From: Mobula hypostoma
Lineage: Eukaryota
Assembly (NCBI RefSeq): GCF_963921235.1
Contig: NC_086108.1
Coordinates: 3,534,001 to 3,598,000 of the forward strand
DNA length: 64,000 bases
Direction of reading: 5' to 3'
Positions within the stretch are counted from its first letter, which is position 1, and each line of letters opens with the position of its first letter. Below the pieces are notes generated by a model that was not told the DNA's origin, did no database searches, and was given only the letters and a program-made list of their open reading frames with translations. Below, one piece after another: positions 25,915-37,943 of this stretch. Both the position numbers and the translations under genes were made by a program.

Positions 25915-26562
25915 CATTGAGTGGCCACTTTATTAGTTATCTCCTCTGCCTAATAGAGTGGCCACTGAGTGTACGTTTGTGGTCTTCTGCTGCTGTAGCC
26001 CATTTACTTCAAGGTTCGATGTTCAGAGATGCTCTTCTGCACACCACTGTTGTAATGAATGGTTATTTGAGTTACAATCACCTTCCTGTCAGCTTGAACC
26101 AGTCTGGCCATCTTCTTCTGACTTCTTTCATTTACAAGGCGTTTTTGTTCAAAGAACTGCTGCTCACTGGATTTTTTTTTTTGTTTTTGCACCATTTTCT
26201 GTAAACTGTAAAGCAAGGATTCCCAACTTTTTTAATGCCATGGACTATACCTTTAGGCAAGGGGTCTGTGGATGCCACGTTGGGAACCCCTGCTCTATAG
26301 ACTGCTGTGCATGAAAATCCCAGGAGATCAGCAGTTTATGAGATACTCAAACCATCTTGTCTGGCACCAACCATCATTCCACGGTCAAAGTCAGTTAGAT
26401 CACATTTCTTCTCCATTCTGACGTTTGGTCTGAACAACAACTGAACGTATTAGCCATGTCTACCTGCTTTTATGCATTGAGTTGCTGCCACATGTTTGAC
26501 CGATAGATATTTGTATTAACGAGCAGGTGAACTAGTGTACTTAATAGGGTGGCCACTGAATG
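25915..26562 (-). mobile_element. Non-autonomous Tc1-like element with an extra internal TIR
   Basis: Ends cattgagtggccactttattag / ttaatagggtggccactgaatg-TA; transposase remnant MARLVQADRK...QKSISE. Confidence 0.78.
26214..26292. mobile_element. 79-bp hAT-type MITE nested in the Tc1 element
   Basis: TIRs caaggattcccaac / gttgggaacccctg, and degenerate 8-bp TSD ctgtaaag/ctctatag. The empty site in the 14495 copy reads ctctagag. Confidence 0.75.
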
Positions 26563-26804
26563 TATGTCAACATATGCTGATTCAAATTCTTGTGGGCATT
26601 CACAGTAGGTACAAAGAAATACGGTAGAATAAACACCACAGAATCAATGGTTCTGCACACAAAGACAAACAACTGATATGCAAAAGATGAACTGCAAATA
26701 CAATAAATGAAAAATAATGATAAATAAATAAATTACATTTATAACATGAGTGGTCAAGTCCTTGAAAGCGAGTCCGAACTTCATGGAATCAGATCAGTGT
26801 TGTG

Positions 26805-27933
26805 GTTAGTGAAGTTATCCACACTGGTTCAGGAGCCTGATGGTTGTGGGTAATAACTGTTCCTGAACCTGGTGGTGTGGGACCTGAGGCTCATTGTGGT
26901 GACTGAAGTTATCCACACTGGTTCAGGAGCCTGATGGTTGTGGGTAATAACTGTTCCTGAACCTGGTGGTGTGGGACCTGAGGCTCATTGTGGTGACTGA
27001 AGTTATCCACACTGGTTCAGGAGCCTGATGGTTGTGGGTAATAACTGTTCCTGAACCTGGTGGTGTGGGACCTGAGGCTCATTGTGGTGACTGAAGTTAT
27101 CCACACTGGTTCAGGAGCCTGATGGTTGTGGGTAATAACTGTTCCTGAACCTGGTGGTGTGGGACCTGAGGCTCATTGTGGTGACTGAAGTTATCCACAC
27201 TGGTTCAGGAGCCTGATGGTTGTGGGTAATAACTGTTCCTGAACCTGGTGGTGTGGGACCTGAGGCTCATTGTGGTGAGTGAAATTATCCACACTGGTTC
27301 AGGAGCCTGATGGTTGTGGGGTAATAACTGTTCCTGAACCTGGTGGTGTGGGACCTGAGGCCCATTGTGGTGAGTGAATTTATCCACACTGGTTCAGGAG
27401 CCTGATGGTTGTGGGGTAATAACTGTTCCTGAACCTGGTGGTGTGGGACCTGAGGCTCATTGTGGTGAGTGAAGTTATCCACACTGGTTCAGGAGCCTGA
27501 TGGTTGTGGGGTGATAACTGTTCCTGAACCTGGTGGTGTGGGACCTGAGGCTCATTGTGGTGAGTGAAGTTATCCACACTGGTTCAGGAGCCTGATGGTT
27601 GTGGGGTAATAACTGTTCCTGAACCTGGTGGTGTGGGACCTGAGGCTCATTGTGGTGAGTGAAGTTATCCACACTGGTTCAGGAGCCTGATGGTTGTGGG
27701 GTAATAACTGTTCCTGAACCTGGTGGTGTGGGACCTGAGGCTCATTGTGGTGAGTGAAGTTATCCACACTGGTTCAGGAGCCTGATGGTTGTGGGGTAAT
27801 AACTGTTCCTGAACCTGGTGGTGTGGGACCTGAGGCTCATTGTGGTGAGTGAAGTTATCCACACTGGTTCAGGAGCCTGATGGTTGTGGGGTAATAACTG
27901 TTCCTGAACCTGGTGGTGTGGGACCTGAGGCTC
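26805..27933 (-). repeat. 95-bp tandem array 3 (12 units: five of 94 bp, then 95-bp units)
   Basis: Units start at 26805, 26899, 26993, 27087, 27181, 27275, 27370 ... 27845. Confidence 0.96.
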
Positions 27934-28146
27934 CTGCACCTCCTGCCCGATGGTAGTAGCAAGAAGAGAGCATGGTGTGGGTGGAGGAGGATCATTGATG
28001 ATGGATAGTGCCTTCTTGAGGGGGCATTCCACGTAGATGTGCTCAGTGCTGGGGAGGGGTTTTCTTGTAATGGGCTGGGCTGTATTCACTATTTTTTATA
28101 GGCTTTTCATACATGGGCATTGGTGTTTGATTTTGCTCCCAGCCAT

Positions 28147-28520
28147 CTCTGGCATCTCCAACCATGAATGCTTGAAACCACAGTGAGCAAAATAATTCTA
28201 AATTGTCTTACTGCTTATTTCCAAGCAAGCATCAGTAACAAAAGTCACTGTGTTTTGAACACAAGCACACACAACTGATGCTATTTAAAAACTGTTCGTT
28301 CTAAGCACGGTGTAGTGTCTACTGGCCACACAGGTTCGTATGACTGACACTAGTTAGAAGCTGCTCAGCAACAGATTCCAGTCCCAATTACGAGGCACTG
28401 TGTCCCAAATAAACGAAGGGAATCCTGGCTATGTTCATGATTAGTTTTCGTTGTTTTAAGAGTTGTCCTAGAAAAGTGGCTGCCCTGATTAACCAATGCC
28501 CAATAAACTGGAATCCATTG
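28147..28520 (-). mobile_element. Tigger/pogo-like element, one end
   Basis: Homologous to 8460-8863; SSKTI*NYFAHCGFKH remnant. Confidence 0.65.
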
Positions 28521-29577
28521 CGTACGGTAGCATGTACGTACTCTGATAATAAATCTACTTTGGGTTTGACTTTGCTCTTAGACCCATGAAAATGCAGACA
28601 ATGGAGAGATACAAAAGGGATTGGTTTATTTAGGTGTTTAATTGATGAACAGAAGTTTGGATAGGAATATGGCTGGGAGTGGTATGAAGGTCTATTGACC
28701 TAGTGCAGGCCAATGGGACTAGGCAGAGTGACATTTTGGCACTGACTAGGCGGGCTGAACAGCTTGTTTCTGTGCTGTCGAGTTCTACGACTCTATTATT
28801 GTTTGAGCACAAATCGATGGCCAAAGGGCCTGTTTCTGTGCTGTACGTCAACACAGAACAGGTCAGCACAGAAACAGACCTTTTGCCCCACAGTGCCTGT
28901 GCCAAACATGATCTTAATTTAAGATTATTCCATCTGCTGGGATATAGTCTGTATCCCTCCAGTCTCTGCCTGTTAGACAAGATGTTTCAGTGGACTTCAG
29001 GCCAATTTGAGCTCCACTGGAGGTGCCTTTACACAGATCGTGGGGTGGAAGATGCCAGTGTGTGAATTTAGTGCTATGTTCCCTGTTGCAGAACTAGCCT
29101 GGATGTTTGTGCAGAAGGTTCGGCATGGATGAGATGGGCTGAAGAGCCTATTTCTATGCTGTACATTTCTATGACTCTATGGTGCTAAGATTTCAGGAGT
29201 ATGATAGGCATGAAAATGCCCGACACAGGCCTCTCAGTCGGCGTTCCATTCCCTCCCCTCCCCTCCCCTCCCTCTAATCGAGAGAAAAAAAATTAAAAAA
29301 TTGGCTTTATATCTCACATGCACATCGAAACATACAGTCAAACAGGTGGTTTTACATCAACAACCAATGCAGTCTGAGGATTGTACCGGGGGCAGCCGGT
29401 GTCGCCACACTTCTGGAGCCAACATAGCAGGGCCCAAAACTAATAAACCTTAACCCATACACCTTTTCTGCCACGTGGGAGCACACAGAGGAAACCCATG
29501 CTTTGACATCAACATAGCACGCCCACCACTCACCAACCCTAACCTGTAGGTCTTTGGGACGTGGGTGGTACTGGCGC

Positions 29578-30045
29578 AAACAGAGAGAGTCAGCAGATGC
29601 TGGACACCTACAGCAAAGCACACAACGTGCCGGAGGAACTCAGAGGCCAGGCAGCATCCATGGAAAAGAGTAAACAGCCAACGTTTCGAGATGAGACCCT
29701 TCATCAAGACTGAGAGGGACGGGGGAAGATGCCAAAATAAAAAGGTGGCGGGGGTGAGAAAGGAGGATAGCTGGAAGGTGATGGGTCAAGCTAGGCGGGT
29801 GGGAAAGGCCCAGGGCTGGAGAGGAAGGAATCTGCTAGGAGAGGAGAGTGGACCATAAGAGAAAGGGAAGGAGGAGGGGACCCGGGGGAAGTAAGAGGCA
29901 GGTGAGAGGAAATGAAAGGTCAGAGTGGGGAATAGAGGAAGAGGGAGCGGAGAAATTTGTTCACCGGAAGGAGAAATCGATATTCATGCCATCAGGTTAG
30001 AGGTTACCCAGATGGTGTTCCTCCTCCACCCTGAGGGTGCCCTCA
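29578..30045 (-). mobile_element. Decayed PLE 3' fragment with variant hammerhead (UUGAUGA...GAAACGUU)
   Basis: Reverse-complement match to the 24400-24825 type end. Confidence 0.7.
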
Positions 30046-30429
30046 TTTTGCCAGAGCACCCGGAGGAAACCCGCAAGGTCACAGGGAGAACGGACAAATT
30101 CCTTACAGCCAACTTTGAAGAATGTAACTACACTGAGCCAGGGATGATAGACGTTTTGTAACACCCAATAGGTTGAGACCTACTTTGTGCTTGTGGGCAA
30201 TTATCGCAAGCACATTCAGAATTTAGCCGCTTGTGAGTAATGGTACTGGAGATGCATTAATTCTCTAAATTCCATCAGTCAATTGCTCCTTTGTTAAACA
30301 GTACTAAATCCTGACTAAACCTGATTAACTCCCTTTACAGAGACTCCATGATACAGATCCTTCACCCAGACACACCAGGAAGTCTTGTACCATTATATGG
30401 AGATCAACACAGTGACGCAGTGGGTAGAA

Positions 30430-31000
30430 CTGGCATTTCGAGACGACTAGAATATAAAAGAAAGGATATAATCTTGAGGCTTTATAAGGCACTGGTGAGG
30501 CCGCACTTGGGAGTGTTGAGAGCAAAGGGACTTGGGAGTCCCTAAAGGTGCAGGGTTCCCTAAAGGTTAATTTGCTGGTTGAGTCTGTGATGAGAAAGGC
30601 AAAAGTGATGTTATTTCAAGAGGACTAGAATATATAAACGAGGGTGTAATGTTGACGCTTTATAAGGCACTGATGAGAGGCCTCACTTGGAGTATTGTGA
30701 GCAGTTTTGGGTCTCTTATCTAAGAAAGGATGTGCTGATGTTGGAGAGGGTTCATGAAAACGATTCCCAGATTGAAAGGCTTGTTGTATGAGGAGCATTT
30801 AATGGCTCTGGGCCTATGCTCAATGGAATTCATAAGAATGAGGGAAGAATTGAAAATCTATCTAATGTTGAAAGGCTTTGATAGAGTGGATGTGGAGAGG
30901 ATGTTTCCTGTAAGACCAGATGACACAGCCTCAGAATAGAGGGGTGACCATTTAGAACGGAGATGAGGAGGATTTTCTTTAGCCAGTGGGTGGTGAACCT
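30430..31000 (+). mobile_element. Decayed CR1 fragments
   Basis: LEYKRKDIILRLYKALVRPHL and related motifs. Confidence 0.7.
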
Positions 31001-31472
31001 GCGATGGCCTCCCTCAGAGTGGAGAACGACACCTTATATTCCATATGGGTAGTTTTCAACCTGATGGCACAAATATCGATTTCTCCTTCCAGTAAAATGT
31101 TTTCCCTCCCCCGCCCATCTTACTCTATTCCACACTCTGGCCTCTTACCTCTTCTCACCTGCCTATCGCCTCCCCCTAGCGCCCCTCTTCCTTCCCTATG
31201 GTCCATTCTCCTCTCCTATCAGATTCCTTCTTCTCCAGCCCTTTAACTTTCCTACCCACCTGACCACCTATCACCTTCCAGCTAGCCTCCTTCCCCTCCC
31301 ACCTTTTTATTCTGGTATCTTTCCCCTTCCTTCTCGGTCCTGAAGAAGGGTCTTGCCCGCAAACATCGACTGTTTATTCATTTCTATAGACGCTAACTGA
31401 CTTGCTGAGTTCCTCCTGAATTTTGCGTGCGCTGCTTTGGATTTCCAGCATCTGCAGAATCTCCTGTGTTTA
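31001..31472 (+). mobile_element. Decayed PLE 3' fragment
   Basis: Homologous to 24400-24825; cctgaagaagggtc...aaacatcgactg. Confidence 0.7.
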
Positions 31473-32492
31473 AAGCAAATCAAAAAATCTAGGATAATCC
31501 TGGAAATCAGGAGAGGGCCACTCACGATCCTGTCAAACAAGGGGCTGGAAGTCCTCATCCTACGATGTTTGTGATGAATTGGTGCTAACCAGAGTCGTTG
31601 AGCCTTACAACATGAGCAGAGTGTGACAGGGAGCCAGGCCCTCTGGCTCAACTCACCACAATGACCAAGATTCCCATCTACACTGGTCCCCGCTACCTGC
31701 AACAAGCCCAAAGCCTGTGGGGCTAGTTCTTCTTACACACAAAGTGCTGGGTCCCCTGAATGCACTGCCCTGGTTGGTAGTGGTAGCAAGTATGATACAG
31801 GCTCTTAGGTAGGTATGTCATTTATATGTTTATGTAGACATACAGCTTGGAACAGGCCAATGAGCTCTGCCACTCACCTGTTTAATCCTGGCCGAATCAC
31901 AGGACCACTTGCAATGACCAATTAACCCACTAACCAGTATGTCTTTGGACTGTGGGAGGAAACTAGAGCACTTGGAGGAAACCCATGCGGTTCATGGGGA
32001 GAGATGTGCAAACTCCTTAAAGATGCTGTGAACCCCAGGTTGGGAATCTCTGCTCTAAGCCTTTCTAATCCACGTACCTACCCAGCTGTCTTATTGTACC
32101 TACCTCAACCACTTCCTCTGGCAGCTCACCCTGCATATGCAGCACCCTCTGTGTGAAGAAGATGCCCTTCAAATAATTTTAAAATCTTTTCCCTCTCCCT
32201 TAGACCTATGTCTTCTGGTTCACAACCTCCCTTCCAGAAAATGACTGTACACATTCGCCCCATCTACGACCCTCATGATTTTATACACCTCTGTAAAGTC
32301 ACCCCTCAGTCTCCAGCACTCCAAGGAACAAAGACCTATCTTCTTCGACCTCTCTCTATAACTCAAGCCTTTGAATCCTGAAAACACGCTCCCTTCACCT
32401 CACTGGCAACCTTCCTGTAAATAGGGTGACAAGAACTGCACGCTGTATTCCAATGCCTTTGAATGGAAAATCATGGGTAAAGCCCTCCCAAC

Positions 32493-33775
32493 CAGAATCA
32501 GAATCAGATTTATTACCACCGGCATGTGATGTGAAATTTGTTAGCAGCAGCAGCAGCTCAATGCAATACATAATATAGCAGAGAGAGAGAAAAAATAAAT
32601 AAAATAAAACATAATAATAAATAAATAAATAAACCAATTACATACAACATACATCAAAGTTGCTGGTGAACGCAGCAGGCCAAGCAGCATCTATAGGAAG
32701 AGGCGCAGTCTCTTCTGACTGCGCCTCTTCCTATAGATGCTGCTTGGCCTGCTGCGTTCACCAGCAACTTTGATGTATGTTGCTTGAATTTCCAGCACCT
32801 GCAGAATTCCTGTTGTTTGCGTTTAAAATCAATTACATATATTGAATAGAAAATGTGCAAAAACAGAAATACTGTATATTAAAAAAAATGAGGTAGTGTC
32901 CAAAGCTTCAATGTCCATTTAGGAATTGGATGGCAGAGGGGAAGAATCTGTTCCTGAATCACTGAGTGTGTGCCTTCAGGCTTCTGTATCTCCTGACAGC
33001 CCTGGGTGCTGGAGGTCCTTAATAATGGACGCTGCCTTTCTGAGACACCGCTCCCTAGTGATGTCCTGGGTACTTTGTAGGCTAGTACCCAAGATGGAGC
33101 TGACTAGATTTACAACATTCTGCAGCTTCTTTCGGTCCTGTGCAGTAGCCCCTCCATACCAGACAGTGATGCAGCCTGTCAGAATGCTCTCCACGGTACA
33201 ACTATAGAAGTTTTTGAGTGTATTTGTTGACATGCCAAATCTCTTCAAATTCCTAATAAAGTAAAGCTGCTGTCTTGCCTTCTTTATGACTACATCAATA
33301 TGTTGGGACCAGGTTAGATCCTCAGAGATCTTGACACCCAGGAACTTGAAACTACTCACTCTCTCCACTTCCGATCCCTCTGTGAGGATTGGTTGCGTTC
33401 CTTCATCTTACCCTTCCTGAAGTCCACAATCAGCTCTTTCGTCTTACTGACATTGAGTGCCAGGTTGTTGCTGCAGCACCATTCCACTAGTTGGCATATC
33501 TCACTCCTGTACACCCTCTCGTCACCACCTGAGATTCTTCCAACAATGGTTGTATCGTCAGCAAATTTGTAGATAGTGTTTGAGCTATGCATAGCCACAC
33601 AGTCATGTGTAGACAGAGAGTAGAGCAGTGGGCTAAGCACACACCCCTGAGGTGCGCCAGTGTTGATCGTCAGCGAGGAGGATATGTTATCACCAAACCG
33701 CACAGACTGTGGTCTTTCGGTTAGGAAGTCCAGGATGCAGTTCAGAGGGAGGTACAGAGGCCCAGGTTCTGCAAC
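32493..33775 (-). mobile_element. Rex1-like LINE, 5'-truncated RT remnant
   Basis: [15 protein letters not shown]...[24 protein letters not shown]...; (ATTCTG)n tail. Confidence 0.85.
32645..32829. mobile_element. Fold-back PLE insertion with a perfect 66-bp hairpin
   Basis: Arms 32645-32710 and 32717-32782, loop TCTTCT, and 10-bp TSD CAATTACATA (32635-32644/32830-32839). Confidence 0.88.
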
Positions 33776-34164
33776 TTGCATCTGCATGAAATGCTGTTGT
33801 GGGAAACAGCATCCATTATCAGATATCCTCATCACCGAGGCCATACTCTCCTCTCTCTGCTGCCATCAGGTACCACCACCAGATTCAAGAACTGTTACTA
33901 CCCCTTAACCATAAGGTTCTTGAATAAAAGGGGGAAACTACACTCACTTGCCCCATCACTGAGATGCTCCCAAACTAATAATCTCACTTTAAGGACTCTT
34001 TATCTCTTTATCTCATGTTCTTGTTATTTGTTGCAATTTATTTATATTTGCATTTGCACAGTTTTTTGCACTCTGGATGATCTTTCATTGATCCTGTTAC
34101 AGTTACTGTTCAATAGATTTGCTGAGTATATCAGAGGATTGATCCAGGGACATAAGAACATTAC

Positions 34165-34714
34165 AAAGCAGGCATGACAGTGCTCCAACTTTCTTAGAAA
34201 TTAGCATAGACTTGGCATGTCATGAAAAACGTTGACAGACCTCTATAGATGCATGCTGACATCCTGACTGTCTGCATCACTGCCTGGTATGGGAACTGTA
34301 CCTCCCTTAATCGCAGGACTCTGCAGAGAGTGGTGCAGACAGCCCAGCGCATCTGTAGTTGTGAACTTCCCATGATTCAGGATATTACAAGGACAGGTGT
34401 GGAAAGAGGGCCTGAAGGTTCATTGGGGACCTCAACCGCGTCACCCCAACCGCAAACTGTTCCAGCTGCTACCATCCAGGAAACTATCACAGCATAAAAG
34501 TCAGGACCAACAGGCTCCAGGACAGCTTCTTCCACCAGGCCATCAGACTGATGAACTCACTTTGATTTGAGTCTATTTCTATGTTACATTGACTATTCTG
34601 TTTATCATAATTATAAATTACTATGATTACACATTGCACATTTAGACAGAGCCGTAACTTAAAGATCTTTACTCCTCATGTAGGTGTAAAGTCAATTCAA
34701 TTCAATTCAATTCA
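34165..34714 (+). mobile_element. Rex1-like LINE 3' fragment
   Basis: ILTVCITAWYGNC...LQRVVQTAQRI and (CAATT)n tail. Confidence 0.75.
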
Positions 34715-34789
34715 TGGCCTAGTACGAAAATAACAGTGCCCAGAAGGCCATGTCATCTTCCTGCTACTACCATTGGGCAGGATATACAG

Positions 34790-34978
34790 GAGCCTCAGGT
34801 CCCACACCACCAGGTTCAGGAACAGTTATTACCCCACAACCATCAGACTCCTGAACCAGTGTGGATAACTTCACTCACCACAATGAGCCTCAGGTCCCAC
34901 ACCACCAGGTTCAGGAACAGTTATTACCCCACAACCATCAGGCTCCTGAACCAGTGTGGATAACTTCACTCACCACAA
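34790..34978 (+). repeat. 95-bp tandem array 4 (2 units)
   Basis: Units at 34790 and 34885 with the junction cacaATGAGCC. Confidence 0.9.
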
Positions 34979-36326
34979 CACTGAACTGATTCTACAACCT
35001 ACAGACTCACTTTCAAGGTCTCTACAACTCATGTACTCAGTATTATTTGGATTTACACGATTTATCTTTTTTTACATATGGTTGTTTGTCAGTCTTTGTT
35101 TATGTATAGTTTTTCATAATTCTGTTGTATTTCTTTATCTCCCTGTAAATGGCTGTCAAGGCAGTATATGGAGACATATAGATACTTTGATAATAACTTA
35201 ACTCTGACTTTGATTTGTACAACTTTAATTAATTTTGAGGGTATATTGTGCCATTACATTACGATAAAACATCTCAGACTACTTCAGAAAGGCAAAATTG
35301 CACAATATATAAATCTATGAGGTATTAAAGAATGTGATTAAAACCTCAGGGACAGAGGAAAGCTTCAAGGAACGTCTTAAATCAATGTTGTTCCTTACAG
35401 GAGCTGTGCTGTGCAATCCAATTTGAAAACAATTACTGGTTTGTTCCCTGCTTAATCCCAATTTGCAACTGGCTGTTTATTTTCAACTCACTCTGGGTCA
35501 TCGTTAATTCCTTCAGAGGAGGATTTATGGGAAAGGGTTTGCAAGTGCCATATGGCCACTAACCTGCCAATTGAGTTGAATCGCTGTGACTGTTCGTTCC
35601 CTTCTGGTTTAACCTAGATTCTCCGGTAATTTATTAAAATCGCCAGGGTTCTGGGCACTCGGCAATCCTCGGGGGTCCCGGGACCCGGGACTCAGCTCCA
35701 TGAGCTCTAACCTCTCGGGTCGTAGATTCCAATTGGCTCGCGGCCTTCCCATCGTCAGGGGAGACCGGCCGTTTGAGGCCTACGGTTAGGGGTTGAGGGT
35801 GAGTGCTCGGTTCAGAGCGAAAACCAAAGGAAATTTGCAGTTGGGTCAACATTTGAAGAACTGGGCACTCTCGACGTGCCGTTAGTGAGATCTTGCTGTG
35901 CACATGTGGTTACATTAACAACAATACCCACAGGTCTATTTCAATAAGAAAAATTGCCTTGATTTTTTAAATTCTCAGCCCTGCTTTCAAACCCATCCTT
36001 CCCCCCTACCCCGGCCTTGCCCCTCTCAACAACATCTGTCAGACCTGCATCGTCCCAGTTCTTTTGGCACATTGTCCTTCATAAATCAAAGGATTGGTGT
36101 AAGGCAGAGCTTGATCATTTCTTGATTGGACGTGGCATCGAAGGTTATGGGGAGAAGGCTGGGGAGAGGGGCTGAGGAGGGGAGAAAAGGATCAGCCATG
36201 ATTGAATGGTGGAACAGTCTCGATGGACCAAATGGCCTAATTCTGCTCCTATGTCTTATGGTCTATTGTGTACAGGAGGTAGGATGTTATGTTCAAGTTG
36301 CATAAGACATTGGTGAGAACTAATTT

Positions 36327-37943
36327 AGATAGATAGACATACTTTATTGATCCCGAGGGAAATTGGGTTTTGTTACAGTTGCACCAACCAAGAATAGAGT
36401 ATAAATATAACAATATAAAACCATAAATAATTAAATAATAATATGTAAATTATGCCAGATGGAAATAAGTCCAGGACCAGCCTATTGGCTCAGGGTGTCT
36501 GACCCTCCAAGGGAGGAGTTGTAAAGTTTGATGGCCACAGGCAGGAATGACTTCCTATGACGCTCTGTGCTGCATCTCGGTGGAGTGAGTCTCTGGCTGA
36601 ATGTACTCCTGTACCCACCCAGTACATTATGTAGTGGATGGGAGACATTGTCCAAGATGGCATGCAACTTGGACAGCATCCTCTTTGCAGACACCACAGT
36701 CAGAGAGTCCAGTTCCATCCCCACAACATCACTGGCCTTACGAATGAGTTTGTTGACTCTGTTGGTGTCTGCTACCCTCAGTCTGCTGCCCCAGCACACA
36801 ACAGCAAACATGATAGCACTGGCCACCACAGACTTGTAGAACATCCTCAGCATCGTCCGGCAGATGTTAAAGGACCTCAGTCTCCTCAGGAAATAGAGAC
36901 GGCTCTGACCCTTCTTGTAGACAGCCTCAGTGTTCTTTGACCAGTCCAGTCTATTGTCAATTCGTATCCCCAGGTATTTGTAATCCTCCACCATGTCCAC
37001 ACTGACCCCCTGGATGGAAACAGGGGTCACCGGTACCTTAGCTCTCCTCAGGTCTACCACCAGCTCCTTAGTGTTTTTCACATTAAGCTGCAGATAATTC
37101 TGCTCACACCATGTGACAAAGTTTCCTACCGTAGCCCTGTACTCAGCCTCATCTCCCTTGCTGATGCATCCAACTATGGCAGAGTCATCCGAAAACTTCT
37201 GAAGATGACAAGACTCTGTGCAGTAGTTGAAGTCCGAGGTGTTAATGGTGAAGAGAAAGGGAGACAAGACAGTCCTCTGTGGAGCCCCAGTGCTGCTGAT
37301 CACTCTGTCGGACACACAGTGTTGCAAGCACACGTACTGTGGTCTGCCAGTCAGGTAATCAAGAATCCATGATACCAGGGAAGCATCCACCTGCATCGCT
37401 GTCAGCTTCTCCCCCAGCAGAGCAGGGCGGATGGTGTTGAACGCACTGGAGAAATCAAAAAACATGACCCTCACAGTGCTCACTGGCTTGTCCAGGTAGG
37501 CGTAGACACGGTTCAGCAGGTAGACGATGGCATCTTCAACTCCTAGTCGGGGCTGGTAGGTGAACTGGAGGGGATCTAAGTGTGGCCTAACCATAGGCTG
37601 GAGCAGCTCCAGAACAAGTCTCTCCAGGGTCTTCATGATGTGGGAGGTCAATGCCACCGGTCTGTAGTCATTGAGGCCGCTGGGGCGCGGCGTCTTCGGC
37701 ACAGGGACGAGGCAGGACGTCTTCCACAGCACAGGAACCCTCCGGAGACTCAGGCTCAGGTTGAAGACATGGCGAAGTACTCCACATAGCTGAGGGGCAC
37801 AGGCTTTGAGCACCCTGGTGCTGACACCATCCCGTCCTGCAGCCTTGCTTGGGTTGAGACGTTTCAACTGTCTTCTCACCTGTTCAGCTGTGAAGCCCAC
37901 CATGGTGGTTTCATGTGGGGAAGGGGTGTAGTCATGAGAGCAG
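36327..37943 (-). mobile_element. Rex1/Babar-clade LINE, 5'-truncated and young
   Basis: TSD TAATTT (36321-36326/37944-37949), (CTAT)n tail, uninterrupted RT frame. Confidence 0.9.
36482..37943 (-). CDS. Non-LTR reverse transcriptase frame of the Rex1-like element (no native start)
   Basis: About 487 open codons with YRPVALTS, FFDFSSAFNTI, GAPQRTVLSP, FSDD and YKYLG motifs. Confidence 0.8.

Noticed and set aside
26805..27933. CRISPR-like appearance of the regularly spaced repeats
   Set aside because: There are no unique spacers and no cas genes; units are head-to-tail copies of a LINE end in vertebrate DNA.
35735..35790. HDV-like or hammerhead ribozyme in the CpG-rich island (CTGACGA on the minus strand)
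   Set aside because: I could not build the P1/P3 pairings or find a GAAA box at the right spacing.
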